From Octopus bimaculoides (Eukaryota), in NCBI RefSeq assembly GCF_001194135.2, contig NC_068984.1:20228862-20292861 (forward strand): DNA of 64,000 nucleotides, given 5' to 3'. Below the pieces are notes generated by a model, which made no database searches, was not told where the DNA came from, and saw nothing but the letters and a program-made list of their open reading frames with translations. A program made the position numbers and the translations under genes. Shown here in pieces: positions 52,433 to 64,000 of the stretch; positions within the stretch are counted from its first letter, which is position 1; every line of letters starts with the position of its first letter.

Positions 52433-52594
52433 CTTCTTGTCTTGCAGATAGATCGATCCTAGACGCAAAAACACAGAGTGAATATCCTGGGTATCATTTA
52501 CAAATGCTAAAGTACGTTCATAATGATTTTGGGATTTGGAAACGTCCCCTGTTAAATACTTCACATGACCTAATAGTGCCCAAGTTTCGGGGTA
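52433..52594 (-). CDS. CFAP70: CFAP70 TPR exon (GAG acceptor)
   Basis: YPETWALLGHVKYLTGDVSKSQNHYERTLAFVNDTQDIHSVFLRLGSIYLQDKK|gtaatg; 162 nt, phase 0/0. Confidence 0.9.
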
Positions 52595-53719
52595 CTCCAA
52601 AATAAAATAGAAAAGAAAAAAAATGATAACTCAACCAGCGTGTAAAAAATAATACTCGATAGAAGTATTAGCAACTAAAATATTAAGTGCTATCACTGTT
52701 AAGTGCTGATGCCACGTAAAAAGCACCCAGTACACTTTGTAAAGTGTTGGCATTAGGAAGAGCAACAAGCTACAGAAACCATGCCAAAGCAAACAATTAG
52801 GGCCTGGTGAAACTCTGCAACTGACCAGCTCTTGTCAACCCATTCCAGCATGGAAAATAGAAATTAAATGATGAATTCAGGTCCCTATTTCATGTAATTG
52901 AAATAACAATTTTTGACAAATATATTGCAGCTTCCAGATTGAAGATATGTAAGTAATGAAGTCAGTGTACTTTGGACAAAAAAGAAAACTTTGGAAGAGA
53001 GTAAGGTAATACAAAATATTTCGTTCTTGGCAAGAGAAGCAGTGTAAAATTATAATAGCCATCTCTGTATCATTCTTAATGTAAACACATCTTTGAAAGC
53101 AAATATACTGCAATATTTGTCCAGAGATAACATCCATTATGGACCTAACGAGGCCAATTTGCATCTGGCTTTCTTATTAGCTGCTGCTGGATAATTTTCC
53201 TTTACCTCCAACATACATACATTCCTACATACATACACACATACACAGAAAGAAAAACAAAAAAAAATATAAGCAATTTCTCAGTATGAATTCGCTTTGA
53301 GTTTATCTGTAGCTTTACTGCAGTCAGTGCACATCAATTATTTGCACATGATGTTTTATTACATTAAATGATATACAGAATAAGTATGGTTGTATGGTTT
53401 GTAGCAATCTAGTTCTGGGTTCAATCTCACAGCATGGCGCCTTGGGAAAGTGTATTCTACCATAGCCTTGATCGACTAAAACTGTATGAGTGAAAAATGG
53501 CAGACTGAAACTGCATGGAAGCCCATTGTATCTTTCTCTCTCCCTCTACCTACCAACCTACCTCCCCACCCATCCAAGCCCACTATTTTACCTACCTACC
53601 TACTTGTGTGTGTATGCATGTATGTGTGTGTGTATATGTGTGTGTGCATGTGCGCACACACGTGTGGATGGCCAGACAAAAATTGGTGCACTGATCAAAA
53701 ATCCCTTGTGGGATGTAGT

Positions 53720-53991
53720 CAGTGCTTCTCAAACTATCTGATGTGACGTACCAGCAGTTTTTTTTTTTTTTCTGTGTGCCAGGGACTGATAATGTTTCTT
53801 AGTAATATTAATTTATATCAGAAACAATATATAAAATGAATATAATAAAAGCTGACAATTTTTTTTATCCTATGTTTATCTTTTCAACAAATAATACAAT
53901 ATTACATAAGCATTTTATAATGTATTTTACTTTTCTGGAAACCCGCCGCATACCGGCACCAATCTACGGACCACCACTCTGAGTAGCACTG
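53720..53991. mobile_element. hAT-like MITE
   Basis: TIRs CAGTGCTTCTCAAACT / ACTCTGAGTAGCACTG (13/16 match); TSD not convincing. Confidence 0.55.
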
Positions 53992-54218
53992 GTCTAAGTC
54001 ACTGGTCTAAGTCACATCCCATTCAGCCCTTACAACATTGATAAAAACAAGTACCAAAGTACTAAGTGAGGGTGTGGAGTCAGGCAATGTAAGTGACAAA
54101 AGTTCTTGAAGACTATCTTAACATGTTTGCAGTAGACTAAAACAAGTAAAAGATTAAAGGAATACACAAATTACATAAGGAAATCTGAAAAATAGGAATA
54201 TTAAAAAAAGACACTCAC

Positions 54219-54371
54219 CTCTTGACTGATCATAAGAGCCTCATTCAGATAATTTTCAGCTTCAGTGAACTCTTTTTTGAAGATACTCATTTTAGCAAGA
54301 CACCAGAAATACTGAATGGAAGGTTTTTCAGATGACTGGAGGAGTTCATGAGCCAAAGCTCGTTCTGCAAG
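54219..54371 (-). CDS. CFAP70: CFAP70 TPR exon
   Basis: ctcctag|CTT GCA GAA CGA GCT TTG GCT CAT GAA CTC...CAA GAG|gtgagt; LAERALAHELL...KKEFTEAENYLNEA. Confidence 0.9.
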
Positions 54372-54510
54372 CTAGGAGTACAACACAACAAATGTTAATT
54401 TACTTTTTGCCTTCCCTTCTTTTTCTTTTCTCAACCTTTTTGATACCGACCCACTTGAAACAACCCCTAGTTGTGAGATAAAATCTTTTCTGTTTTAAAA
54501 TTATCTAAAT

Positions 54511-55257
54511 CAGGGGTCACCAAACTTTGTCGACCATTGACCCCCTTTAGTCACTTCTCCTTCCACATTGAAGACCCCTCCTCATTTAAAATATCTTAAT
54601 ACCCTTAAGGCAGCAAGCTGGCAGAACTGTTAGCATGCCGGGCGAAATGCTTATCGGTATTTCGTCTAGCTTTACGTTCTGAGTTCAAATTCCGCTGAGG
54701 TCAACTTTGCCTTTCATCCTTTCGGGGTCGATAAATTAAGTACCAATTACGCACTGGGGTCGATGTAATCGACTTAATCCCTTTGTCTGTCCTTGTTTGT
54801 CCCCTCTATGTTTAGCCCCTTGTGGGCAATAGAGAAATAAAGTACCCTACCATGCCGTACCATATCTTAAATGCGTACTGGGTACTGATGCTGGCAATTA
54901 AAATGTTAGCTAAAATATACATATACAACAAATTAAGAAATTCTATTGAAGCTGACACACTTTTTACATTTAAAACTACGTGTACAATTATACAGTATTA
55001 GACTTTCAATTTTTATGAAATTGTTTCCATGGTTAAAAAATGTGAAAAACGCATCATATTGCTGGAATATCTTTTATTGAAATTGACAACATCAATGTGA
55101 GGGATGAGCATGGCGCTGACTAAGTATTTCAAGCAGTTCATCTGATGAGCTGGTCTTTTGCATGCCAACCCTCATTCGACCCCTTGGCTATCATCGACCA
55201 CTGTAATTCCTCATCGACCCCTAGGGGGTCCCTCGGACCCCCTTTGGTGACCCCCTG
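54511..55257. mobile_element. hAT (Charlie-type) MITE with nested SINE
   Basis: TIRs CAGGGGTCACCAAAC / CTTTGGTGACCCCCTG; exact 8-bp TSD ATCTAAAT at 54503-54510 and 55258-55265. Confidence 0.9.
54609..54840 (+). mobile_element. tRNA-derived SINE nested in the hAT MITE; relatives at 9471-9692, ~1610-1740 and ~59980-60205
   Basis: GGCAGCAAGCTGGCAGAA...GAGTTCAAATTCC...TTTGCCTTTCATCCTTTCGGGGTCGATAAATTAAGTACC; possible TSD A(A/G)TACCCT. Confidence 0.8.
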
Positions 55258-55760
55258 ATCTAAATTAAAACTGTCATCAAAATTTCATGTTAACTAGCTG
55301 ACCCCATAGAAATTGGCTCAGGCTTTGGCTCCCTGCAGTCCCTTGTCATGTGCGGATGCTGACACCTAAAACACTAGTCCTTAAATGGTCACGGCTGCTC
55401 CACTGAGACTCTTATCACCTTGTTATTCATCAATTACAGCTTGACACTGTAGGCTTCTGTAGCTGCCGCCACCACTGCATTCCATCCAGTGTTTCATGTC
55501 AACAAACAGACTTGAGAATAATGAGTTTGCTCATGGATATCTTGCTGCCCAACAACTGTTGCAGCCACACCAATATCTCATTAGGGAAACCATTCACAAA
55601 ATCAGTTGCATCACCTTTTCCAGGCTTTCCTCTATAAATTAAAACCTTCCATTAAAATCTCACATTAACAAGTGCACTCCATGGATATTCCATGGTTTAA
55701 TTAGAAACAACCACCAAATATTAAAGAGCAATATAGCATTTCAACTGCTTAATTTATGAG

Positions 55761-55807
<47 letters not shown>

Positions 55808-55810
<3 letters not shown>

Positions 55811-56115
55811 GTAAAAGGAGTAAAGACCCCCTTCGGTCATGTATGACCATGGGATTGTACCTAAAAAGTTCCCCTCTGAGGCAGAAGTCTGGGCAAGGTT
55901 GTTTGTGAAAGACCAGCAGTCACCCATGCATACTGGCCTCCCCTCTCCATGCCACTGATGTTGTCCAAGGGAAAGGCAAAGGGGCCGATACAGCTTGGCA
56001 CCTGTGACATCGCAACTCATTTCTACAGCTGAGTGAACTGGAGCAATGTGATATAAAGTGTTTTGCTCAAAAATACAACACACAGACCCTGGTCCAGGAA
56101 TTGAACTCACGATTG
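55808..56115 (-). mobile_element. SINE sharing B box and central domain with 49067 but with a different 3' half
   Basis: Minus strand GAGTTCAATTCCTGGACC...TTTGAGCAAAACACTTTATATCACATTGCTCCAG, then unrelated sequence ending in (TA)n. Confidence 0.75.
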
Positions 56116-56515
56116 TAACCACTGATATACAGTACTTAATCACACATATACAATGCAACAAAACAAGTCAACTAATTGAACAAATGCTGAAATGGAATAT
56201 TTTACTTATTTATAACTTGAGGATAAACAATATTTTTTGTAAAAGTCTCCTTTTACTTCCCAAACATACAAATGCTAATGGTAAGTGCATATATACTCAT
56301 ACCATCTAATCTGCCACACACACACATATACAAACACACAGCTAACTGTTGTGTGTATGTCTAAGTGCATAAATGTGTGTGCACCAATAGCATTCATTAG
56401 TGTGTGAGTGTGTGTATGTATGCAAATGCTAGTAGCATTCATTTGAATCTCTCTCACTCCTTTTCTCTCTCTCTCTCCTTTTCTCTCCCTTTCTCTCTCT
56501 CTCTCTCTGTCCTTT

Positions 56516-56556
<41 letters not shown>

Positions 56557-56659
56557 TGCACACCTTCTTTTAATTCTTTTAGCATCTCCTTTCCAGTGTG
56601 ACAGATTATTTACACGACAGGAATTTACTGTTAATACTTTGTATTATACTAATATAATT

Positions 56660-56945
56660 CACAGATAGATTGTTTCAAAGAAGGCATAGCCTGTAACATC
56701 CTGCCTCAATGCCATCTGTCACATACACTTTTATGGACATGTCTTCTGCCTCTCACCAGATTCTCCTGCCAGAACCTTACAGTGCAGCAGCTGCAGGTTA
56801 GAAGAGGTCCCATGTCAGGCCCCCGCACCAGATGGCTGGACATGATTAAGGAAGATCTCCAGAAGCTCAACATCATCCTGGTGGGTGCAGAGGGACCTGG
56901 TTGGCTCTATGTACAATGATGCTGCTGGGACCACTAACTTGGGAT
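56660..56945 (+). mobile_element. LINE ORF2 C-terminal fragment
   Basis: RRGPMSGPRTRWLDMIKEDLQKL resembles the RTE-type R.GRP..RW.D....DL motif. Confidence 0.5.
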
Positions 56946-56964
56946 GATCCCAGCCCCATTGAGC

Positions 56965-57030
56965 AAGAGCATGAGCAGAACAGAGCAGAGCAGAGCAGAG
57001 CAGCAGAGCAGGGCAGTAGAGGTCACAGCA
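56965..57030. repeat. (CAGAG)n pentanucleotide repeat
   Basis: GAGCAGAACAGAGCAGAGCAGAGCAGAGCAGCAGAGC. Confidence 0.85.
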
Positions 57031-57443
57031 GAGCAGTACACTGCTCAATGTGATCACAGAACGCTGAGAGCACAAGTTCTGCTGGGCTGAGCATGTCACA
57101 AGATTCAAAAACAGGTGGATGCGTGCAGTTGCCAAGTGGTATCCAACAGATTGGCGTCTTCGAAAGCTTCTGTAACAATGGGAAGATGATTTAGTTAAAT
57201 GATTTGGGTCAACATGGAAATGAAGGGCACAATGAAAAGAGAATTGTGACTAGTGGTGTGTAATAACATCTGATAGTCAGGTTGATAAATGTGATTTGAA
57301 ACAAAGGTGGCAGAGTATCTCAACAGAGATATGGTAACAAAAAGTTTAAAGAAATTTATCATAGTTATATATAGATAATATAATGAGACAAAGAGAACAA
57401 AAAAAAAGAAAAAAAGAAAAAGTCAGAAAAAATGTTTAATTAC

Positions 57444-57589
57444 TCTGAAAACTTTAAATTTAATCAACCATTCTGCTGTGATCATGTATATACTGAATTC
57501 AGGTTCTGGTTCATGTGATGGAAGGTATTCTTCTTCTATTTGACTCAGGTTTGACATATCAGACTTGATTCTGATATCAGGTCGAATTC
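57444..57589 (-). CDS. CFAP70: CFAP70 exon (linker, ends FSIYMITAEWLIKFKVFR)
   Basis: tctttag|GA ATT CGA...TTC AGA|gtaatt; open frame with phases 1 and 0 matching the neighbours; end resembles human TIFMETIHFLMKVKAVQ. Confidence 0.8.
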
Positions 57590-58513
57590 CTAAAGAAATT
57601 TATTAAATACAAAATATTCTTTTGAAATAATCATTGATAAAATATGTGAAAGATATTACAAAGGAGATAATCTTTTCTTATTAATATTTGGTAGAATTAC
57701 AAATTTGAACTTGAAATTAAGGAACAAGGAAAAAAAAAGATGCATAGAATACACATATTGTTTTTATACATTTTGTTTTTGCTTACTTATTATGAAGGTC
57801 TTAAGATTTTGAACTGGTGAGTGTGTTAATTAATAAGGCATTAAAACAATGACTCATTACAGACACAATAAAATATGGTTCAACACATGAATTCAAACAA
57901 AGAATCTTGCAAACCAAATACAAAAACGAAATTAAAATTTCTAGTAATTGGTAATCATGATACTATTTCATTCTTTTTAGAAATCCTCAGCACGACATAG
58001 CCAAATGTATATAAATTTTATGATGTGAATAGTTTGTCTTCTAAGGAGAAACAAAACATTTACAAATATTATTCAAAATGTTAGGTTTAAAAAAGCCACA
58101 TTAAAAACCAAAATATATCAATGTAAAATAAATAAACTAAAACAGAAACAAATATGCCTGTTAAAAGTTGGTCTGAGAATTAGACAAATTAAAAGGGTGA
58201 TATTGTTTTGTCAGCAATTAAATTGGGGGAAAAAAAAAAAAAAACATATCTTTATTCAACTATCAAACAAAAGATGAGAAACAAGGAATTTACTGGAATC
58301 TATTTCTAACTTAACTAAGTTATAAAAATGATATAAGTAATAATGGTAATGCTGAAAATCTCCATAATGGTAATACTAGGAACAACAACGATGATAGGAA
58401 ATATCAACAGCATTAATGATAATCATGATAACAATAAAGGAGAAATTAGAAATAGGAGAAAGACTTAGAAAATTACTATTTTTAAATCTCACAACAAGAG
58501 ATATTCAGCAACA

Positions 58514-58750
58514 GAGTAAAGATTGTTTGCCAACATAACATGGCAGTCCTGCTTTAGGACAAATCTTGCTGTAATTTAGCCCCAGGAGACATCGTCTCCA
58601 GCTGGCTAGACAACATGATCTGTGTCCTTATAGTTTCGAACAAGGGAATCTAGCACCTCCACTCAGCTCAAAACAATATCTGTCTAAATTACAGCAACAT
58701 TTGTCCTAAACCAGGACTGCCATGTTATGTTGGCAAACAATCTTTACCCC
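58514..58750. mobile_element. MITE with ~65-bp TIRs
   Basis: GTAAAGATTGTTTGCCAACATAACATGGCAGTCCTG... mirrored at 58684-58747; TSD not resolved. Confidence 0.75.
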
Positions 58751-59140
58751 AGGAGAAAGATTTGTTGCCAGAAAATAGTGTGGTAAAGAAGCATAATTCT
58801 AAGGACAGAAACATTTGTTCTCTGGAAAATGAATACATTTGTAAGAATGTGATAAACAAATGTACAGTTAAAATGAGACTATGCAATATGTTAATTACAT
58901 CATCATCCCAATGTACTACAGTTGTGATGATGTGTGGAAACAATTGTAGTGACATGAAATAAAGAAAGTTGTTCAATCCATTTTCTCTTATTTATCTCTG
59001 TATAACTCTATAGATACTCTGGAATTCCAGATGCATATCCAATGACAGGAGTATTCCCACTGTACGATGACATTTAGTAGCCAATACCTGTGGAAGAGCT
59101 TTGTATAGCATACTACAAGGTTTTTACCCCAATTTCATTG

Positions 59141-59186
<46 letters not shown>

Positions 59187-59557
59187 AGAGAGAGAGAGAG
59201 AGAGATTTGGTTCAAAATTATACAAAAAACTGAAGTCAGAGACAGGTGAGGGAACAATAAACAAGGTGTATTTGACATCCAGGAAAAATGGAAGAGTTTT
59301 CAATGTTTTGAGCCTACAGTCTTCTACAGAAAAGAATGATGAAAGAAACCATAGAAAAAAAATGTATCTGGATTAACAATATGACAGGGTTCTTTCAATT
59401 TCTGCTTACCAAATTCATTCACAATTCTTTGGTTGGCCCTAAGGTAGAAGACACTTGCCCAAGACCTATGCAGTGGGATTGAACTGAAGACCACATGACT
59501 GGGAAAGCAAGCTCCTTAACCACACAGCTATGCCTACACCTATATATACATACATAG

Positions 59558-59595
<38 letters not shown>

Positions 59596-59661
59596 TACAT
59601 AAGTATATACAATTAATTTGCATGTGAATTATCTGTGTAAATAAGATGTTGTGGCTCTAAC

Positions 59662-59883
59662 CTAGAAATTTATTGCTGTTTTGTCTTTCAAACTTTGGTT
59701 CCTCTGCTACAGCTTCTTCTTTGTCATTAAGACTGCTCTGCTGAGATTCCTCTTCACCATTAGGCTCATTTTCCACTTTCTTCTTATGAGCCTCTGCTAC
59801 AGTTTGAGCAATGTTTAAACGTTCTGCTTCATGAAAAGCCATTTCTGCTCTCATTTCATTAGCTGCTCCATCATAAAGAAGTC
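59662..59883 (-). CDS. CFAP70: CFAP70 exon
   Basis: tttgtag|GA CTT...CTA G|gttaga; GLLYDGAANEMRAEMAFHEA matches [20 protein letters not shown]. Confidence 0.9.
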
Positions 59884-60218
59884 CTACAAAGAAGCAAAGA
59901 ATCAACCAAAAATAATAATAATAATAAAACAACAACAACAACAACAACAACAAACAAACAAAAAACATTAACAGTGGTCGGGTGGTGAGCTTGCAAAATC
60001 TTTAGTATATCAGTTTAAACACTTGGCTACATTTCTTCCAGCTCTTTACATTCTGAATTCAAATGCTGCCAAGGTTGACTTTGTCTTTCATTCTTTCAGA
60101 GTCAATAATACATGTATCAGTCGAGCACTGGGGACTGATGTAATTGATTTACCTTCTCCCCTCAAAACTGCTGGCCAAGGGCCAAAAATAAGAAAGATAT
60201 CATTTAGCATATGAAAGA

Positions 60219-60870
60219 NNNNNNNNNNNNNNNNNNNNNNNNNNNNNNNNNNNNNNNNNNNNNNNNNNNNNNNNNNNNNNNNNNNNNNNNNNNNNNNNNN
60301 NNNNNNNNNNNNNNNNNNNNNNNNNNNNNNNNNNNNNNNNNNNNNNNNNNNNNNNNNNNNNNNNNNNNNNNNNNNNNNNNNNNNNNNNNNNNNNNNNNNN
60401 NNNNNNNNNNNNNNNNNNNNNNNNNNNNNNNNNNNNNNNNNNNNNNNNNNNNNNNNNNNNNNNNNNNNNNNNNNNNNNNNNNNNNNNNNNNNNNNNNNNN
60501 NNNNNNNNNNNNNNNNNNNNNNNNNNNNNNNNNNNNNNNNNNNNNNNNNNNNNNNNNNNNNNNNNNNNNNNNNNNNNNNNNNNNNNNNNNNNNNNNNNNN
60601 NNNNNNNNNNNNNNNNNNNNNNNNNNNNNNNNNNNNNNNNNNNNNNNNNNNNNNNNNNNNNNNNNNNNNNNNNNNNNNNNNNNNNNNNNNNNNNNNNNNN
60701 NNNNNNNNNNNNNNNNNNNNNNNNNNNNNNNNNNNNNNNNNNNNNNNNNNNNNNNNNNNNNNNNNNNNNNNNNNNNNNNNNNNNNNNNNNNNNNNNNNNN
60801 NNNNNNNNNNNNNNNNNNNNNNNNNNNNNNNNNNNNNNNNNNNNNNNNNNNNNNNNNNNNNNNNNNNNNA
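60219..60870. other. Largest assembly gap; others at 1867-2200, 4349-4358, 8015-8613, 17288-17297, 18909-18918, 21224-21364, 23094-23307, 39611-39760 and 43079-43397
   Basis: Runs of N. Confidence 0.99.
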
Positions 60871-60890
60871 GTTCCTTGACTACTTAAATG

Positions 60891-60923
<33 letters not shown>

Positions 60924-61102
60924 GTTTTTTTTTCGAAAAACTTAAAAACAGAGAAGAAGCACACTCTAAGAAGTACAGCAGTCTATATTTATTACTAGTG
61001 AGGACCTGTATATAGGGTTACCCTGGGTTTCCCCATCCATACTTTAAAGAAGCCATAAGCCAACAAATCTTAGAGTCTGATGATACGCCATCAAGATACT
61101 CG

Positions 61103-61133
<31 letters not shown>

Positions 61134-61308
61134 TTGTGTGTGTGTTCTTTTAGTCTTTAACTGGTCATAGTTACTTGAATGTGACCAAACTGGGTGTACC
61201 ATATTCAAGGGGTTAGTCAAATATTTAGGCCACAGAGCATTTTTCATGTGGAAGAAGAAGAGAAGTCAGCAGAAGTATTTTCAAAACTGAGTAAAAGAAG
61301 AAACTTAC

Positions 61309-61424
61309 CTAAGAGTGTCCATCCAAGAATGCTTTCTGGATAAATTGATAATGCTGCTTCAAAGAAAGTCTCACCCACTTCATAAAGATTTTTAAAGCCA
61401 GACAAAATACCAACAAGTAGCAAC
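61309..61424 (-). CDS. CFAP70: CFAP70 exon
   Basis: tttcag|G TTG CTA...CTC TTA G|gtaagt; LLLVGILSGFKNLYEVGETFFEAALSIYPESILGWTLLG resembles human [39 protein letters not shown]. Confidence 0.9.
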
Positions 61425-61737
61425 CTGAAACAAAATTTTAAAAGAAACTCCATCTTTTACTAAAGCTTCACAACTAAACCATTTCCTATAGCTTTCATGT
61501 CAATTCTCTAACTAATGTTCACACAAATACAGGATCTATTTTGTTCTGTGATGATAGAATTACTGTAAAAGGATTGTATTATCAGGACTTCTTTTACTAC
61601 CACACAAGTCTAGAAGAAATTGACTTCAATGATCTCAACACATTTAAGTAATGTAACGCATAAATTATGCAGATTTGTTATTACTTACAGAATGATTAAA
61701 AAATCCTTTTAGCATAACCTTCCTGTATATATATATG

Positions 61738-61770
<33 letters not shown>

Positions 61771-61784
<14 letters not shown>

Positions 61785-62034
61785 AATAATAAGGTATTCA
61801 GAGATCTGGATGGTTGTACATTTACAGATTTTTATCTATGTCTGTCACATGTTTTTATAAATCATATATTAGCGCCTGCATCTACTCTGATAGATTCTTC
61901 AGATTTGAAGAATCTATTAGAGTAGATGCAAGCACTAATATATGATTTATAAAAACATGTGACATATTAATAATAATCTGTAAATGTACAACCATCCAGA
62001 TCTCTGAATACCTTATTATTTTTTCTAATATATA
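61771..62034. repeat. 264-bp near-perfect palindrome (foldback MITE) adjoining (TA)n
   Basis: Arms pair from TATATATTAGAAAAAATAATAAGG inward to TAGATTCTTC-AGATTT-GAAGAATCTA, with one small asymmetric bubble. Confidence 0.9.
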
Positions 62035-62221
62035 ATACCTGTACATTACCTCCAAACCTTCTAATATATATATATATATACATACACACATACACATACA
62101 TACACACATGCCTGCACTACTTAAGATCTACTTTATAGTCCATAAATAATAACCAGTAAGTTTTGGGCTGTTGAATCACTAAAGAAGAAATAAATTAGCT
62201 AATCAATGAAAGTTTACATAC

Positions 62222-62297
62222 CCATCATGATTCTGTTGGTCAATAGCAATACATTCCCTGGCACATTGCTCTGCCTTATAATCAAAAGAAATTAGAT
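62222..62297 (-). CDS. CFAP70: CFAP70/TTC18 exon (5'-most found; 5' boundary 62297 or 62274)
   Basis: KAEQCARECIAIDQQNHD-GG|gtatgt; the phase-2 end joins the next exon. Two AG candidates fit the frame. Confidence 0.7.
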
Positions 62298-64000
62298 CTG
62301 TTAATTTATCAGATAGAAATTATTCTGACACAAGTTCAAAATCTTATGAGAGAAAAAATATTCAGCAACAGTTTGATCTAGAGATGGGTGGCCAACACTG
62401 GATTGAAAAAAGAATGGACATCACATTATACATTAAGATTAGGTAAGGTGTTATTAATTTTTTCCAGTTTCTACCTAATATTACAATATATTTTAACTAT
62501 TTATCTCTATAAGAAAATGAAGATTTCAACTTGAAAAATGTATACAGCCGATAGGCCACTTACTGTGGTACCTGTTTGGAGATAACAACTTTTATAGACA
62601 TACTGTTATCTCAGAACAAATAGTGCAATTGCTGGCCTATCAATACGGTGTATACATTGAGTATGGTTGCTAGATGGCTATTTTAATTTAAATCATTTTT
62701 GCCAGAGAGAAAATATTATTTTAAGAAGTTTCTCTCTCACTTTCCTTTTACCATGAGAACCTGTCCAAGAATTAAAGTTATGTTCAGTGTCATTACTTCT
62801 TAATTTGAGTAGTAACACTGTCAAAAAAAAAAAAAAAAAAGGAAGAAATCCACAACAACAATATTAATAGCATCGAAACCAATGATGGCAACAGTATTAT
62901 TATTGGAAATAATAAATCCAATTGGACTTCATATTATATAAATGAATTATAACATTTAATTAGATTGACAAAGGCTGTCCAAAAAGAAACCAAACTTTTA
63001 AAATAGTATGATAACTTGCCAGTGAGTGTATTTGGCTATAGTACTGTGTATTTTTTCTATTTCACTAGCCATGTATAAAATTAAATATAAAAGGTTGCAT
63101 AAAAAATGGTATGATTCACTATTTACAAAGAAGAGAATAAAAATTTCTTAGGAATGGAATGAAGTAATTCATTATTGAGAATGTGCTATTCAGGCTAGTG
63201 AGGCCATCAAGAAGGCTTATAGTAAAAAACAATCATCCTTTTCATTGACAGCCTGTAAGAGGAGCACTTTATGCAAAGTCATTTTTTTTCAAAATTTCAT
63301 TTACAAATTCTGAAATATGTTTTTAATGTTACTATAAATGGTATAGTCAAACTTGACTTTCAGTCTAATATTAATCATGTCATAGCATGCCAATTGTCAG
63401 TCTCTAAGTGCTAGATGTATTGTTTAATACACTTGGTGATTTATTACAAGTCAAACAATGAACTTGGAGGAACAACCTGTTTGTGTAAAATACGGTTTCA
63501 AATTAAGGAAAACTTTTAAAGAGACTTTTCTAATGTTATAATTATAGGGAGAACAACATTATGTGTCCTTCTATAAGGAAGATTACTTGAGTCATTCATA
63601 TATCACAAGTAGTACCAGCTTTTCAAATCAGGAAGAACATCTACTAAAGATGATCCCAATTTAAAAGGACCTTCCACAATAATTGTCAACCACATTGGGA
63701 AAATGCATGCTGTGATCCATGAAGATCATCACCTGTCTGTCTGTGGAATTTCTAAGAACTTCTCTAAAAGTCTGTTACTTATGATTTTTTGAGAAAAAAA
63801 AAAATGAATTGTAACTAGTTTGTTAAGAAAATCTCTATAAGAGACAAAAGCAGTCTCTATACTGAGAAGTAATGTTTATTGCCACCTAAACATGGTTGTT
63901 TTCTAAGAACAAACAATCCTGCTATTTTAACCTCGGGAGGATGCCTCTCCCAGCTGGTTATTCAGTGCACTCCGCACTCGATGTATACTGCAAGCAGAGA

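Noticed and set aside
58990-59090. Possible extra CFAP70 exon after TTCCACAG on the minus strand
   Set aside because: The required phase-1 frame hits a stop after three codons, and the flanking exons already join in phase.
59290-59340. Other CTGANGA-type hammerhead-like strings (also ~9280, ~29520, ~32535, ~39315)
   Set aside because: Core or helices are too degraded to support a ribozyme call.

Overview
AT-rich, repeat-dense animal (eukaryotic) genomic DNA with spliceosomal GT-AG introns and ten N gaps. The abundant (TA)n/(TG)n/(CAT)n microsatellites, tRNA-derived SINEs and RTE LINE tails resemble an octopus or other coleoid cephalopod assembly (inference from repeat style only). Four host genes can be reconstructed by hand. 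(1) First coding exon of a Sly1/SCFD1-like gene on the minus strand (7426-7456). (2) A complete 7-exon ZW10 on the plus strand (20452-35536, 2286 nt, 761 aa), head-to-head with SCFD1. (3) A single-ORF MoaC/MOCS1B (44384-45157) with its own ATG, a mitochondrial-presequence-like N-terminus and no MoaA nearby. (4) The 3' nine exons of CFAP70/TTC18 on the minus strand (47708-~62297), tail-to-tail with MOCS1B. Between them lie a Tx1/L1-clade LINE with its RT core deleted, RTE and CR1-like LINE fragments, Merlin transposase remnants, a Merlin-like MITE with an 8-bp TSD, hAT and piggyBac MITEs, several SINE families and a 264-bp foldback element. The most notable unannotated signals are a structurally complete minimal type-I hammerhead ribozyme fold (minus strand, 40053-40098) and the stand-alone MOCS1B. 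No databases were searched; homology calls come from remembered family motifs.
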